Of a DNA stretch of 64,000 nt, positions 11,901 through 26,900 are shown piece after piece; positions within the stretch are counted from its first letter, which is position 1, and each line of letters begins with the position of its first letter. The position numbers and the translations under genes are program-made. A model generated the notes under the pieces. It did not search any database. It worked only from the letters and a program-made list of their open reading frames with translations, and was not told the DNA's origin. Source of the stretch: Ylistrum balloti (Eukaryota); assembly GCF_031769215.1 (NCBI RefSeq), contig NW_026782182.1, positions 186,001 through 250,000 on the forward strand, written 5' to 3'.

Positions 11901-14900
11901 AAGTTTTTACTGGACTTGAACATTTATTAAATTTTTTCGGTTCTCATTTTGCAATGCGATAGACCTGTCCATTCAGGATACATGAAAACTATGGAATGTT
12001 GGTAATTTTCGTCGAAATTTAAACAGATGACTGCGCAGCCTGCCCTACACATGCAGGTTCATGAAAGGTTCACATGCCTCAATACCAGTACAAGACATCA
12101 ATACCAAGTTTTTTATGAGTACTTGTCCATCACATGTTTGTAACTGAAACAGATGGTCTAGAACCGTCATTTGCAGCTGTATAAAGATGATTTTAAGATT
12201 GAAATAAAAATAACATTATCGTTGATTTAATTCATCATACCTTTTAATGCAAATCACAATAATGTCCTCGTGAACTTATGTGGTTGTTTTGGAAGCCATA
12301 GCAGAAGTTTACAATATCCTGTTGCATCGTGGGATCAATAGGTCATCAGGGTCAAATTCTACAACGACCAACATGCTTGTTCACAATAAGAATGGCTTTG
12401 TGTAACTTACAAGAAATGATATAAGACTAAAAGAATTTTGTCACCATGCAAGGGCCTTTGTTAATATTCAACAGTACAGACACAGACGTAGATATTAAGT
12501 AAACTGTACGCAAGGTCTGGCATATCTGTGCGTAGACAATGTTTGAAGGCTCCCAAGCCATCAAGTTTGAGAATTGCTATTTTGCATTTTCAAACATTCA
12601 TTTGCAAACTTCATATGAAATGTTCCACTGATGACCTTGATAAATTGCCTTCCATTGTCTGTTATTTCAACGAACTTTGGTCAACATAACAGTTACCACA
12701 TTGTAAGAAAAGCCTATATTCTTATATGTGGGTCAAATAAAAATTAAAAAAATTGCTAAAAACCAGTCCTGCGGCTTATACTCTGGTGTGTCTTATATGT
12801 GGGTCAAATAAAAAAAATTGCTAAAAACCAGTCCCGCGGCTTATACTCTGGTGCAGTTTATAGCCCGGAAAATATGGTATTGGATATGTAATTTTGAAGT
12901 TTCAATGTATGATGTGTATGTTTTCCTTTGTCCCTAGATGTGCACATATTGATCCTAAGATGTGTGTATTTTCTAAAAAAAGAAAAATCACACAATAATG
13001 TTGCAAATATTTCTCTAAGATCTTTTGTTTAGCCCACCTGGCATTGGCATTACACATCATCCGTCTCTGAACTTGTTCAACTCTAACATACCCTAGTCAC
13101 TGTTCATTTTTGTGATAACTTAAATCAACCAGTGTTTCAGCATTTTAATTCCATATATATGTTTGTTTAGATCTGCCTACGTACCTTAGACAAGCAAATG
13201 CATCATAGGTTAAGGTTCACAGTCACATGTATTTTGATACATCATGCACAGCATCTTAAGTGTCCTTGGCACTTTGATTTTATAAATTATACTTTTGTAA
13301 AAAGGAATACTTTGTATGTAGATTATGTGTTGAAAATATTTAGACAATATGGAAGGATTTTTCTGTCATGTACAGTCCTCATCATTTCCATAGTATTGAT
13401 TTTTTTTGTCTGAAGTCGTCTGAGTAAAGACATTGTAGTATAGAAAACTACATAGAAAAAAACTTTCTAAACAATGCTTCAATTTATTTGAAAGGGAAGA
13501 AATTCTTTGAAAGTACAGTTTCAACTTTACATTCTTATACAATATGTATATATACATAGGTAAGAGATATATAGACTAGTGTAGTCCATCATCTCCAATA
13601 TACTATCACACTATATTTAACTAGGGATTGGAGTTTTACATATGTGTAATACTGATGGAGTAAGTAATATTAAATAACTAGAATATACTTGTGTTATGAG
13701 ATGTCTATGTAACAGCATTTTTCATTGGTTTATGACTACAATACTCTGCATCATCTTGTGCCAAAACTTCTACAATTGGTGTATATGAAGTAAGCACTGT
13801 ACATTTTGGGCATATGTGCATGATTAGTAATTATGTCAATATCACTTACATCTCCTAATTGTTTTATATGTTCAGTTGCAATTATACACTGAACAGCTGA
13901 GCTGAAGTTGGTTTGTAAATAATGAACATAGACTTGGATGGGAGATGTAACTTATTGAGAGGTAGCTAATATAGGGGCTAAATATTAATTTGTTGACATT
14001 TTGTCTATAGAAGTGATGAGACTCAGTTAGAAGACTTAGGCCAAACAAAATGAAAATTTAGATATTTACTTTTGGCTCTATTGGGGAAGAATGTTATTTC
14101 ACAAGAAAGAAAAAGTTACTGTGGACATCGAAATATGGAGAAAATACATATTCATTGTCTTCAAATATAAGCTGTATTTTGGAAAGGGTGAATAAAGATA
14201 AAAGTGGAAAGCCACATTCATCTGTCAGTCACCCAAGCCAGAATGCAGCTTCAATATTTTAGGACAATGAGAATGTACATTAATGTGTAAATTCAATTTG
14301 TCTTGCAAATTAATTGAAAATTTTCACTGAAAAAAAACAAGCTTAGAGAGCTCATGTTAAAATCTCTGTTAAGGCCTGATGACTTACACCGGAATAATTA
14401 CTCTGCAATGAAATCTAGTTCCAAAACACAACATTTACAATTTTACTTTTAAAACTTTTCCTAAATTAACTTATTCATGACAATAAACAAAATTGCTTAT
14501 TTTTGACAGTTATTCATATTTTAGATATCATATTTCAATGATTGCATTTGCACTCAAAGTTAAAAACGTGAATACATTGTGCATGTACCTGATACAATGT
14601 ATTGACATTTTAAACTTCAATGTTAAAACCATGACCAGGATGTCAGATTTTACAAACTATATCCCTTTATTACCATCACAATCAAGTCAACATTACTAAT
14701 TAAAACAAAAGCAGGTGCACATGTGCCAAACTGACCTAGACATATGCATGTCAGATAAAATGGTTGATAAAGTCTGGTAAAGTTTTTTAAACTTTTGGTA
14801 TGACAAAGGAAAACAAACAAGTTTCTGTTGTGGTAATCCATGGAATAGTTTTGAATGTTCTCAAACTGAAACTAAAATAAGAAATTTTTGTACATTTATA

Positions 14901-17900
14901 GTTATAATTTGATAGCTTGGTTAAAATTTCATGTGAATATATGTTGTGTTATGTATATAACAATATGTAATAAAAAATTGTAAATGAGATAATAATTAGT
15001 GTCTTAATGGAGTGATTAGAAACTGGAATTGGAGGCAGGCTGAAGTTATATTGTTAATTTCAATGATAAAAGTGCCAACATGTTATTTAACAGAGCTCAA
15101 AACGGTGATCTTGTCATAAATACATGCCTCACAAAAAAAATCTCTTTTACACACTCAGTATAGCATGGCAGTAATTGAAGGATCAGCTATTTGGTGGCAA
15201 ATCTTCAGGGAATATATAGTGATGCATATCTGGCTCCAGTACCCATGTATCTGCTATAGTATTATGTAATGTTACATGAACAATTTTGTAATCATCTCCC
15301 ATGGCCCTTGGCCACATGTATCTTTTCATGCCATGTCCCTTCATGATCAGTATCTTGTTATCCTTCCCCTTCCCCCACCCCAATTACAACTCTCAAACAC
15401 ACACACATGTACTGTCTCTCCTCTCCACTCACAACTCTCAAACACACACACATGTACTGTCTCTCCTCTCCACTCACAACTCTCAAACACACACACATGT
15501 ACTGTCTCTCCTCTCCACTCACAACTCTCAAACACACACACATGTACTGTCTCCTCCCCCCACTCTACTCACAACTCTCAAACACCCACATATACTGTCT
15601 CTCCTCCCCCAACCCCACTCACAACTCTCAAACACAAACACACATGTACTGTCTCCTCCCCCCACTCCACTCACAACTCTCAAACACACACACATGTACT
15701 GTCTCCTGCTCCCTCTCCACAGTAATTGTAACATTGTAATATTGCACTCAGTCTCTGGACAGTACAAGTACAGTGGCCAGGAAACATGCCAGATGTCACT
15801 GATGAAGATAACAGTGAACAAAGAAGACCAATATCTGTTGTGTAATGATGGTGAAAAGTGAACTGAACACTTAAATTGTGATTATGAAATATGTCTTGAT
15901 ATCAGAATAATTAACTAGACAGATGGTCTTGTTTTCATACAATTTACAGTGTTCGTTCTAGTGAAACCGCCAAAACAAAAAGCACTGTATGACGTATTGT
16001 GCATTTGTAATTTGTAAGAAAGAAAAGACTGATGCATTTATTTTCCATAGAATCTAAGTAAGAGATCAAGGTATATATTAAGGACATAGTTTATTTAAAT
16101 AAGGTACATGTATAGTATAAGACATATATATGTAATAATCATTGTATAATGGAAGGGCTTAAACATAACATAGTAATGGTTTATTTTCTACTACCACTAT
16201 ATCATGTCAGCCTGTAATCTTCTAGACAAAACTTATAGACCCAGTGCTGCAGTAATTTTCACGACCAACCACTGCTTTACTACTCCAGTGTGCTCTATCT
16301 CAGGATTAGATCCATATCATTGGGAGATAAACATTAATCTTTTGTAATCATCAATACGTAGGTCTCTACAACAGCTAAGGATTGAGGAATTAAAATAGAA
16401 CACCTGATCCTACACATATTAGGTCAATCGCTTCTTTAAAACCTGACCTGTTTTGATGACAAACCACTTTGGTGTCAAACGTTATACAAAAGAAAAACAA
16501 GTGCAAATATGAAAGTGAATATACGAACTTGTAGTAAAAGAAACAGACATGTAAATGTTCCAAACTTGGAATAACTGCATGTTACTGAAACAGGTGTTTT
16601 CACCTTCTAGGTGAAGAGGCAGGGTTCCCCTAATTAAGACCAGTGAAACAGTTGTCATACTTCAGTTTTGTTTTCAAGTTTAAATGTCTGATAAAACCTG
16701 GGATGCGGAAAAGCACTCGTCTAGTCGTCATGGACAAGTGAAAATTGTCCCGGACAACTAGATTTATCTTTGTCAGTCGTCCGTCGGACGAGTACTTTTT
16801 TCCAATGATATTAATGTTACAGCTTAAATTTCAATAAAAATGTAAAGAAAAATTGGAGCAGAGAAACATGTTTAGGGTACTTTGAAAACAAAATATTCCA
16901 GTCTGCACTCTAACTTTTGATTATACCACAACTCCCATGATGTCAGATATAGCATTTGGAATACCTTAGTCATTTTCCCACGGTCATACTGATGTCAGGT
17001 GCTCTTGGGCAGTACCAACATGTACTGGTCTGTATTTAGCAGCACCTAGTCCGTCGTATGTAAACTAACACTACAGCTAGACCTAAGTCGTGCATAATGT
17101 CTGACGTAAAGCAGCCATCACTGCATAGTTTTTTCACTAAAACTTAATATGAAAATAGAAAGAAAGTCACATGTCACATCCTCGCTGATTAAGTCGCCAT
17201 TTCATAGCTGAATTTGGACGAGCAAATTTCCAATCCGGACGAATAAATTTTTCAGCCCACTAGTTCTGTGCCTAGTGGTTTAAAATATTTTTCTAGACTC
17301 CAGTAAAACATTAGTAAATTATTGTCAATTTTGAAAATCATTCTGAATTCGGATGCACTGGTATTGTTTTAATACCCAGTGTTCCGTATAATATTGACTT
17401 GAAATTGGAGAAAATTTTTCTTGTAAATTAGCAACAAATTGATGTAGAAGTTACATGAAACAGGCTAGAGGAATATTCTTAGGAGTGATGTAAAATGTTG
17501 TTTTGGCAGTGGTCAATATCACGATTGGATATCCTGTTGTTTTTTGCAGTGACTGATATCATGATTGGATATCCTGTTGTTTTGGCAGTGACTGATATCA
17601 TGATTGGATATCCTGTTGTGTTGGCAGTGGTCAATATCAGGATTGGATATCCTGTTGTTTTGGCAGTGGTCAATATCAGGATTGGATATCCTGTTGTTTT
17701 GGCAGTAGTCAATATCATGATTGGATATCCTGTTGTTTTGGCAGTGGTCAATATCATGATTTGATATCCTGTTGTTTTAGCAGTGGTCAATATCATGATT
17801 TGATATCCTGTTGTTTTGGCGGTGGTCAATATCATGATTGGATATCCTGTTGTTTTGGCAGTGGTTAATATCATGATTGGATATCCTGTTGTTTTGGCGG

Positions 17901-20900
17901 TGGTCAATATCACGATTGGATATCCTGTTGTTTTGGCAGTAGTCAATATCATGATTGGATATCCTGTTGTTTTGGCAGTAGTCAATATCACGATTGGATA
18001 TCCTGTTGTTTCTCAGTGGCCAATATCATGATTGGATATCCTGTTGTTTTGGCAGTGGTCAATATCACGATTGGATATCCTGTTGTTTTGGCAGTGGTCA
18101 ATATCATGATTGTATATCCTGTTGTTTTCTCAGTGGTCAATATCATGATTGGATATCCTGTTGTTTTCTCAGTGGTCAATATCACGATTGGATATCCTGT
18201 TGTTTTCTCAGTGGTCAATATCATGATTGGATATCCTGTTGTTTTCTCAGTGGTCAATATCATGATTGGATATCCTGTTGTTTTCTCAGTGGTCAATATC
18301 ACGATTGGATATCCTGTTGTTTTGGCAGTGGTCAATATCATGATTGGATATCCTGTTGTTTTGGCAGTGGTCAATATCACGATTGGATATCCTGTTGTTT
18401 TGGCAGTGGTCAATATCATGATTGGATATCCTGTTGTTTTGGCAGTGGTCAATATCAGGATTGGATATCCTGTTGTTTCGGCAGTGGTCAATATCACGAT
18501 TGGATATCCTGTTGTTTTCTCAGTGGTCAATATCACGATTGGATATCCTGTTGTTTTGGCAGTGGTCAATATCACGATTGGATATCCTGTTGTTTTGGCA
18601 GTGGTCAATATCATGATTGGATATCCTGTTGTTTTGGCAGTGGTCAATATCATGATTGGATATCCTGTTGTTTCGGCAGTGGTCAATATCATGATTGGAT
18701 ATCCTGTTGTTTTAGCAGTGGTCAATATCATGATTGGATATCCTGTTGTGTTGGCAGTGGTCAATATCACGATTTGATATCCTGTTGTTTTCTCAGTGGT
18801 CAATATCATGATTGGATATCCTGTTGTTTTAGCAGTGGTCAATATCATGATTGGATATCCTGTTGTGTTGGCAGTGGTCAATATCACGATTGGATATCCT
18901 GTTGTTTCGGCAGTGGTCAATATCATGATTGGATATCCTGTTGTTTTAGCAGTGGTCAATATCATGATTGGATATCCTGTTGTGTTGGCAGTGGTCAATA
19001 TCACGATTTGATATCCTGTTGTTTTGGCAGTGGTCAATATCATGATTGGATATCCTGTTGTTTTAGCAGTGGTCAATATCATGATTGGATATCCTGTTGT
19101 TTTGGCAGTGGTCAATATCACGATTGGATATCCTGTTGTTTTGGCAGTGGTCAATATCATGATTGGATATCCTGTTGTTTTGGCAGTGGTCAATATCACG
19201 ATTGGATATCCTGTTGTTTTGGCAGTGGTCAATATCATGATTGGATATCCTGTTGTTTTGGCAGTGACTGATATCACGATTGGATATCCTGTTGTTTTGG
19301 CAGTGGTCAATATCATGATTTGATATCCTGTTGTTTTGGCAGTGGTCAATATCATGATTGGATATCCTGTTGTTTTGGCAGTGGTCAATATCATGATTGG
19401 ATATCCTGTTGTTTTGGCAGTGGTCAATATCATGATTGGATATCCTGTTGTTTTGGCAGTGACTGATATCACGATTGGATATCCTGTTGTTTTGGCAGTG
19501 GTCAATATCATGATTTGATATCCTGTTGTTTTGGCAGTGGTAAATATCACGATTGGATATCCTGTTGTTTTGGCAGTGGTCAATATCACGATTTGATATC
19601 CTGTTGTTTTGGCAGTGGTCAATATCATGATTGGATATCCTGTTGTTTTGGCAGTGGTCAATATCACGATTGGATATCCTGTTGTTTTGGCAGTGGTCAA
19701 TATCACGATTGGATATCCTGTTGTTTTGGCAGTGACTGATATCACGATTGGATATCCTGTTGTTTTGGCAGATTGGTTATAAAAAAACAAATAGTTTTTA
19801 TGAAAAGGAAAAGCATGCTTCTTTTAGAAAGGATTTTATTTATCTATTTTCCAAACCAGATTTCATTCATGTAGAATCTATTCCAAGCAAATAGTTTTAC
19901 TATGTTTCTGTAGTTGTATAATCAGTGGAAAGGTTGAATGTGACATATTTATCATATTTATTGATTTTCTGTATCAACTGCCAATGCCATTTTGGACACA
20001 TTTAATCTAGTGCCAAGCTATAGACTGCAGACATTTCCCCTCTTTCTGTTGATATCATTTGTCACCGCACTTCTGAAATGGATTATCCTGAAATAACTTT
20101 GTAGTATAATCTACCACGAATTATGAAACAAAATAATGCTTACATATACGGTTTGAGGATTTTTGGCCTGAAAGTTTATCTCGACAGGTTTAGGATGTGA
20201 TGACTAAGAGTTAAAATTCTGAATTATTTTTTTTATACTCAGTGTTTGGTAAAAAAAAAACTCAAAATGTTACAACATATTGATTTCCAATGAATGACTT
20301 GAGCATGTCATGTCTGGGAATATGTACAGTGCAATAAAATTTGACATTTGGAGAATGGCAATGTGCTAAAACTAGTGGGGAGTCCAATGTGTAGCTTTGT
20401 GAATTCAGAACGGGAGAGGGAGGTGTAATTCAAGTTGTGATTATAATAATTAAAGTAGTATTGGGGGTATATTTTGGTCCTGTTACAATTGAGGTGTCCT
20501 GCCCCACTGGGGGTATATATAGCTTGTGCCCTGACATCGTGTGACCAGGTGTGTGTGGTCGTGTGTACATGTCTGTCTGAGGCCAAAACCAGATCCAGGC
20601 ACACCAATGCAACACTCCAATATGACACTTTGTTTTATCTGATCTTCTGTGGTAATCTACACCAAAGTTCTTGGGCTAGAGTGATTAAAAATAATGTATA
20701 AATATACTCATGCTTGAGACTATAATTGGATAGGTCATTAATATTACAATAAGGTTACACCATACCTGATGAAATCTCTTGTTATACAGATCCCTAAGAG
20801 AGATCCCTGTTGATTGATCAGGTTAAATAAGATTTGTCAAGAGCCAACATCTGACCTGCACAACGCCAATTCATTGTTGCAGTTTTTAGTACTCTGATAA

Positions 20901-23900
20901 TCTACAAATTGTGTTAATAGATGAATAGAAGAAAGAATAGATTATCATTAAAAATGTAATTCATAATTGAATTGAATTGAAATTTTTAACAACAATTCCT
21001 GCAGTTCTGAAATTTATCAAAAGCATTTACCAGAATATCGTTCTAAAACATTATTACCAGCATAAATGTTGCATTTTATCTAAGTTAAGATCTAGTATCG
21101 GTGAATTTTTACACCCAAGAGCACTTTTATACATGTGAAGTAAATAGCCAGTAAAGTTTGGATAAGATATATTTTAAGTGAAGTGTATTATGTGTGGATA
21201 TCCTTGTTTCACGCTCCAAGTGTTGGTATATCAGTTGAGAAAATCTGGTTTTGATGATTTTAAATGTCCAAGGGAATGGGCCCCGGGATGTAAATTAAAT
21301 GTCTGACAGAAGATTCTAAGGGAACAATGAATTTTTTGGGTGTTGCAGTACAACTCCTAAGACACACACACACACACATACAAACAGTTTAAACAAAATA
21401 CACTGAGGAAGTACAATACCTATTATCTGCCTAGCCTAATACTTGTAATTATTTGACATTTAAACTCTGGAACAAATAGTAACATATTTCCTACTGATAT
21501 TTGCTGTGGGATGTTAGTCCCATTTATTGTGAACTAAAAATAAAACCCTGTACCAGATATACTTATTTCCTCCCAAAAATAATGCTTATTGCATCTAACA
21601 TTAAGTGTTTAGGAATAGTCACTATTAACAACATGAGATACTAAATACACAATTGGCATACACATGGCATACGGTAGTATTTTTAGCCTACCATCATCAG
21701 ATGATGGGCTATTCAAATCGCTCTGCATCCTTGGACAGTCATCCGTCCCTCCATCTGTCCGTAAATAATTTTCATTATCTTTATTTCTTGAAAAGTAAGA
21801 GATGGATCTGGGATTTTGGTACTGATAAAAAGAATCACAATGGCCAACAAGCGGCCATCTTGGATTTTAACTTTGAAAGTTCTGGAGAACTATTGCATAG
21901 ATCTTTCTTAAATTTCATGTATTGGTTACATTAGGTCCCTAGTTGTGCCTGTTTGTATTTAGGACTGACGAGAAAAACTAAATTGCTGACAGGCAGCCAT
22001 CTTGGATTGCCTAATTAAGATTTTTATTGCTATTTCTGAAGAAGTACTGGATGAATATCTGTATGTTCTCTTTGGTCTCTCCTTGTGTTTGTTTGATTTT
22101 GGGGTTGATCAGAAGAAATGAAATGGCTTCCAGGTGGCCATTTTGGATTTGGTAGGTAAAGATAACTATTTCTGCTTAGGAATGTTCAACTCTCTTATCA
22201 TTAAGAGCAGAGAAGTGGAAAGAAAAGAAGGGAAAAGATCCCAACTTTCATAGAGCATATAAAGATCAAACAGTGGTGGGCGCCAAGATCCCTCTGGGAT
22301 CTCATGTTAGATCATGAAGCTTATGCATGTTAGTTGATAGCTCCAGGCTAGCGTCAAAGACCTAACATTATAAGAGGCAGTATGTATGCGTAGCATCAGA
22401 GAATATATTTTTTGATAACCTAGAATTCTAAAAGCTATCACCTTGAATGTATATATCAATTTCAATGTTTTAGAAGATATTTGAAACTTGTTCTTTGTTC
22501 TGGAGATCAATCAGTATAATTGATTACGTGGGTGATGTTGAGGTAATGGGGCTAGTCAACTACATCAAGCTTATGTTGTTAAACTGATCCTTTTCTCTGA
22601 TATAACCATTACTTACTTCCAAGGTCATGTGTGTCAAATGCTTTTGTTTAAAAGAAGTGACATTCAACTTATTGAAGCATGCTGAGGTCAATTGCTTTAT
22701 ACCATTAATTCAAATCGAGGCTATATCATTTTCCTTGTTAAAAGGTCACATAGAAATTCATGTAAAAATGATATATATGTTGTATTTTTCAGTGTCAACC
22801 CAGATCTGTTGACTGAAGTCACATTTGGGTCACATTTGGAATACCCAGATGGATCAGTACCCAGTAAGTACTTTTTGTCTCTGACATGTTTCTTGGTTGT
22901 TTGTTGTTTGAAAATGTTCTCCTCTCTGTTATTATATTTCTCTATTGCCTTAAAGTCCGATTGTTCATATCTGATGTTTTTTTTTTTTTTTTGGCTGTAT
23001 GTTTTTAACAAGTCTGAGTTGGTCCAAAGACATTTATAATGATGTTAGAAGTGATATAGATTATATTCCTAAAATAGGCCTCAATCTCACTCTCACAGGA
23101 AACATACTGAGAATTGATATAGATTTTATTCCTTAAATAGGCCTCAAACTCACTCTCACAGGAACCATGTTTAGATCTATTGATGCAATAATCAAATAAA
23201 CGTTTATCAATCATACAGATATTATAATTACAGAGTTTTAGTTTAAAATCAAAACAGTATAAAGATACGATTCTACACTTTTATTGTCATATGACTAAAA
23301 CTGACACACTGAGTGATCATCCTCCAATAAAATGAACCGTAAACTTTACAAGTCCTGGAAAGTCTCCAGCATTTGTATTTAGATTTTCAATTGGATATTT
23401 GAAGTGACAGATTATTGAATAAACACTATAGAAGATGAAATGTTGATTTTACAGCATAGTATCACTCTCCTCTTTCCTGGGAACCATAAATGTGGGTGTG
23501 CTATGCTTTATGAGTTTGTTTATCAATAATAAATGTTAGCATTGATTTAGATAGACCCCTGCATAGTTTATGACAAATATTGTACAACAAAAGTACACTT
23601 CAAGGGTGTTAGTAACACTGGGTAATTATGTATCATTAGATAGCCTTTTGATTAATAAATGCTATCAGTATTTCACAGTTTAATCTATTGCAAAAGTACA
23701 AAAGTATAGACGTTTCCGCAGATAATGGAATCTTTCCCATGTTCAATGTAAAAAAGGAAAAACCTTAGCAAACCTATTAGATTTATCAGATTTGAAGATA
23801 ACTTGTTTGAGTCTAAATTATTCTAGAAATCTATAATTGTGTTAATAATATATATATGATTTATCTGTTAGGTTAAATGTGTACTGAAAAAACCAAATCC

Positions 23901-26900
23901 TGTTGGAAGATTGGTTAAAAATATCATAATATACTTCTACATACATGAAATTATGGTCTGTTTATCATACTGTTTTTAATTTGTGAGATTTAGTAAATGA
24001 ATTCTCACCAATATTTTATCGTTACAGTGGTTGCAAAGACAAGCAATGGGAGAATGTCTCCAGTACGAGCCAGAACAATGAAGGAATATGACCAGGTACA
24101 TGGTTTAACAGAAGAAATAAATGACATACCTATTTATGTGTAGTGTGCAAATTTTGTGTTCAAACACTTACCGTAGAATTGAACTTTGTGTCTGGACGCT
24201 TATCACAGACTTGAACTTTGTGTTCAGAGACTTGACACACATTAATTTTGTGTCTGGACACTCATCACAGACATGAACTTTGTGTTCAGAGACTTGACAC
24301 ACATTAATACTTGACACACATTGAACTTTGTGTTCAGAGATTTTGACATGAACTTTGTGTTGTGACACACATTAATTTTGTGTCTGGACGCTCATCACAG
24401 ACATGAACTTTGTGTTCAGAGACTTGACAGAGACATTAACTTTGTGTCTGGACATTTACCACAGATCTGAACTTTGTTAGTCTGAACATTCATGTGTCAC
24501 TTCAAGGACACTTCAAACTGAAAGGGCAATAAACCAAGCCGACGAACTTTTCTGAATAAGATGTTGTTAGACCTGTAGTTTCTATTGTTTCATGTGTATT
24601 TTCTTGATCTCATGCCATACACCTACAGTTACTACATTGGATTTACCAGGTATACTGATGACCACTTGATTTTAGCAGAACTATGAAAATGATATTTTTT
24701 GTGTTCACAGCAAATTGCAGTTCTGAAGAAGGAGAACTTTAGTCTAAAGCTGAGGATTTACTTCCTGGAGGAGAGAATGCAGCAGAAATTTGGAGATGGG
24801 GAAGATGTGTTTAAAACCGTAGGTTGTCTACTTATAAGTAATCAGGGGCTGAAATCAAATGTGATTCAAAAGTCATTATTAATTCTTTTGCACCTATAGT
24901 TCTAAATTCACAAATATTCCAAACAGACCTTCATATTTGTCTGGACTAGTGAGGAAATGGCAAATTGAAGTATTAGTTTTTTATACGTACACAGTGCAGA
25001 AAGTAATGTAAATGATAAAGGTATAATTGAAAGGTTACATTTTCCTTATGTATGTGTAATATTGGTTTATTATGTATTATACACCCATCATTTCTGTTTG
25101 TGTATTACCTGGATATCCTTGTAATACAGAAACCTCTTAACATCACAAAGTAAAAGTGATAAAACAGTGATGTAATTGTGATACATGAGTGGCCTGATGG
25201 TCTGACGAAAAATTGTGAAATCTTAAAATTATGGCAACATTGTCATATATGAGAGATAAATACTTTTTAATTTCACACTAGAGATACATAACCCTTGGGA
25301 GAGTGTTTAAATTTGGTAGTACTATATTTTGATTCCCTTAGGGTTGAAATGTCCCAATTCTTTATGTAGAGGTTTAATTCAGTTACTGGTGTGTACATAT
25401 GTACTTGACAATTCTTTATGTAGAGGTTTAATTTTATTGCTGGTGTATACATATGTACTTGACAATTCTTTATGTATAGGTTTAATTTTATTGCTGGTGT
25501 GTACATATGTACTTGACAATTCTTTATGTAGAGGTTTAATTCTATTACTGGTGTGTACATATGTACTTGACAATTCTTTATGTAGAGGTTTAATTCTATT
25601 ACTGGTGTGTACATATGTACTTGACAATTCTTTATGTAGAGGTTTAATTCTATTACTGGTGTGTACATATGTACTTGACAATTCTTTATGTAGAGGTTTA
25701 ATTCTATTACTGGTGTGTACATATGTACTTGACAATTCTTTATGTAGAGGTTTAATTCTATTACTGGTGTGTACATATGTCCTTGACAATTCTTTATGTA
25801 GAGGTTTAATTTTATTGCTGGTGTATACATATGTACTTGACAATTCTTTATATAGAGGTTTAATTTTATTGCTGGTGTGTACATATGTACTTGACAATTC
25901 TTTATGTAGAGGTTTAATTCTATTACTGGTGTGTACATATGTCCTTGACAATTCTTTATGTAGAGGTTTAATTTTATTGCTGCTGTATACATATGTACTT
26001 GACAGTTTTCATGCACTCACCAGTTTGATTGGGAGGGACCAATAGTCCCTCTCAATCCTGTGGCTTCCCATCACATTCTGTTCCAAATCAATGTTATATT
26101 TTGAAAACCTGTCCACAATTTTGGTTTGTATATACCTCTTGATATCATAACATCAAGTTACACACCTGACTATCGCTGAGCACAGGGGCATTCATGTCAT
26201 ACAGATGTGTTCTAGTTACATAATGCATGGCTGTTGATTGCTATATCTGGTGTTTTATCTGTTTTACAGAATATCGAGCTAAAGGTCGAGTGCGAGAGTC
26301 TGAAGCGAGAATTGGCTGACAAACACAACTTATTGAAGAAGGCATCGTAGGTGTTGTTACAATTAGGACTGATTGTATACTAGAATAGACTGACGACACT
26401 GATACATGTATTTTCCCCTTACACATTACACATATCATTTAGTGGTATTCCTATTTGTTTCTAAATGTTGACATATTCTGATATGCCACTTGATCCATTT
26501 GGAAAGTTATGGCTTGAAATCGGCTCATTCCATTTAGGCTCTGCAGAATCAATGCAAATGGTTGAAAAGTAAAGTGAAAAAAAAAATAACAAATGAATGA
26601 ATAAACAAAAGAAAAAATTTCAAGACAGTGTACAAGGAATTCATTACTTGTCTATAGTTTGGTGCTTTATTGTTATGAAATGAACAATTAGTCTGCGTGT
26701 ACACCATGCAGATCTCACATGCCTCTCTGTCTGTTGTTCATCTTAAACACACCATAGTCATTTGATTTCCACTGTTAATGCTACCATAATATTTCTTATT
26801 CTTTGGAATGAAGAGCCAGGACACTTTATTAAAACTGAAATACTAAAATAGATGTGAAATGTTTCAAGATGATTACCATAATTGGACTGTATCTCTAATT

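Noticed and set aside
11270-12720. Autonomous transposase upstream of the mariner-like end at 12879
   Set aside because: No convincing left TIR and no recognisable DDE motifs in the frames I inspected; may be an old unclassified element and needs a homology search.
15276-15861. Overlapping His/Thr-rich ORFs
   Set aside because: Product of the 45-bp minisatellite.
17479-19790. 600-aa, 425-aa and 253-aa ORFs (ILTTAKTTGYPIM, QYHDWISCCFGSG and VVNIMIGYPVVLA repeats) as novel repeat or Cys-rich proteins
   Set aside because: They arise from a 39-bp (13-codon) unit open on both strands. Unit variants are freely non-synonymous or create stops, there are no splice or start signals, and the array lies in intron 1.
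25273-26045. 190-247-aa ORFs on both strands
   Set aside because: Product of the 54-bp minisatellite.
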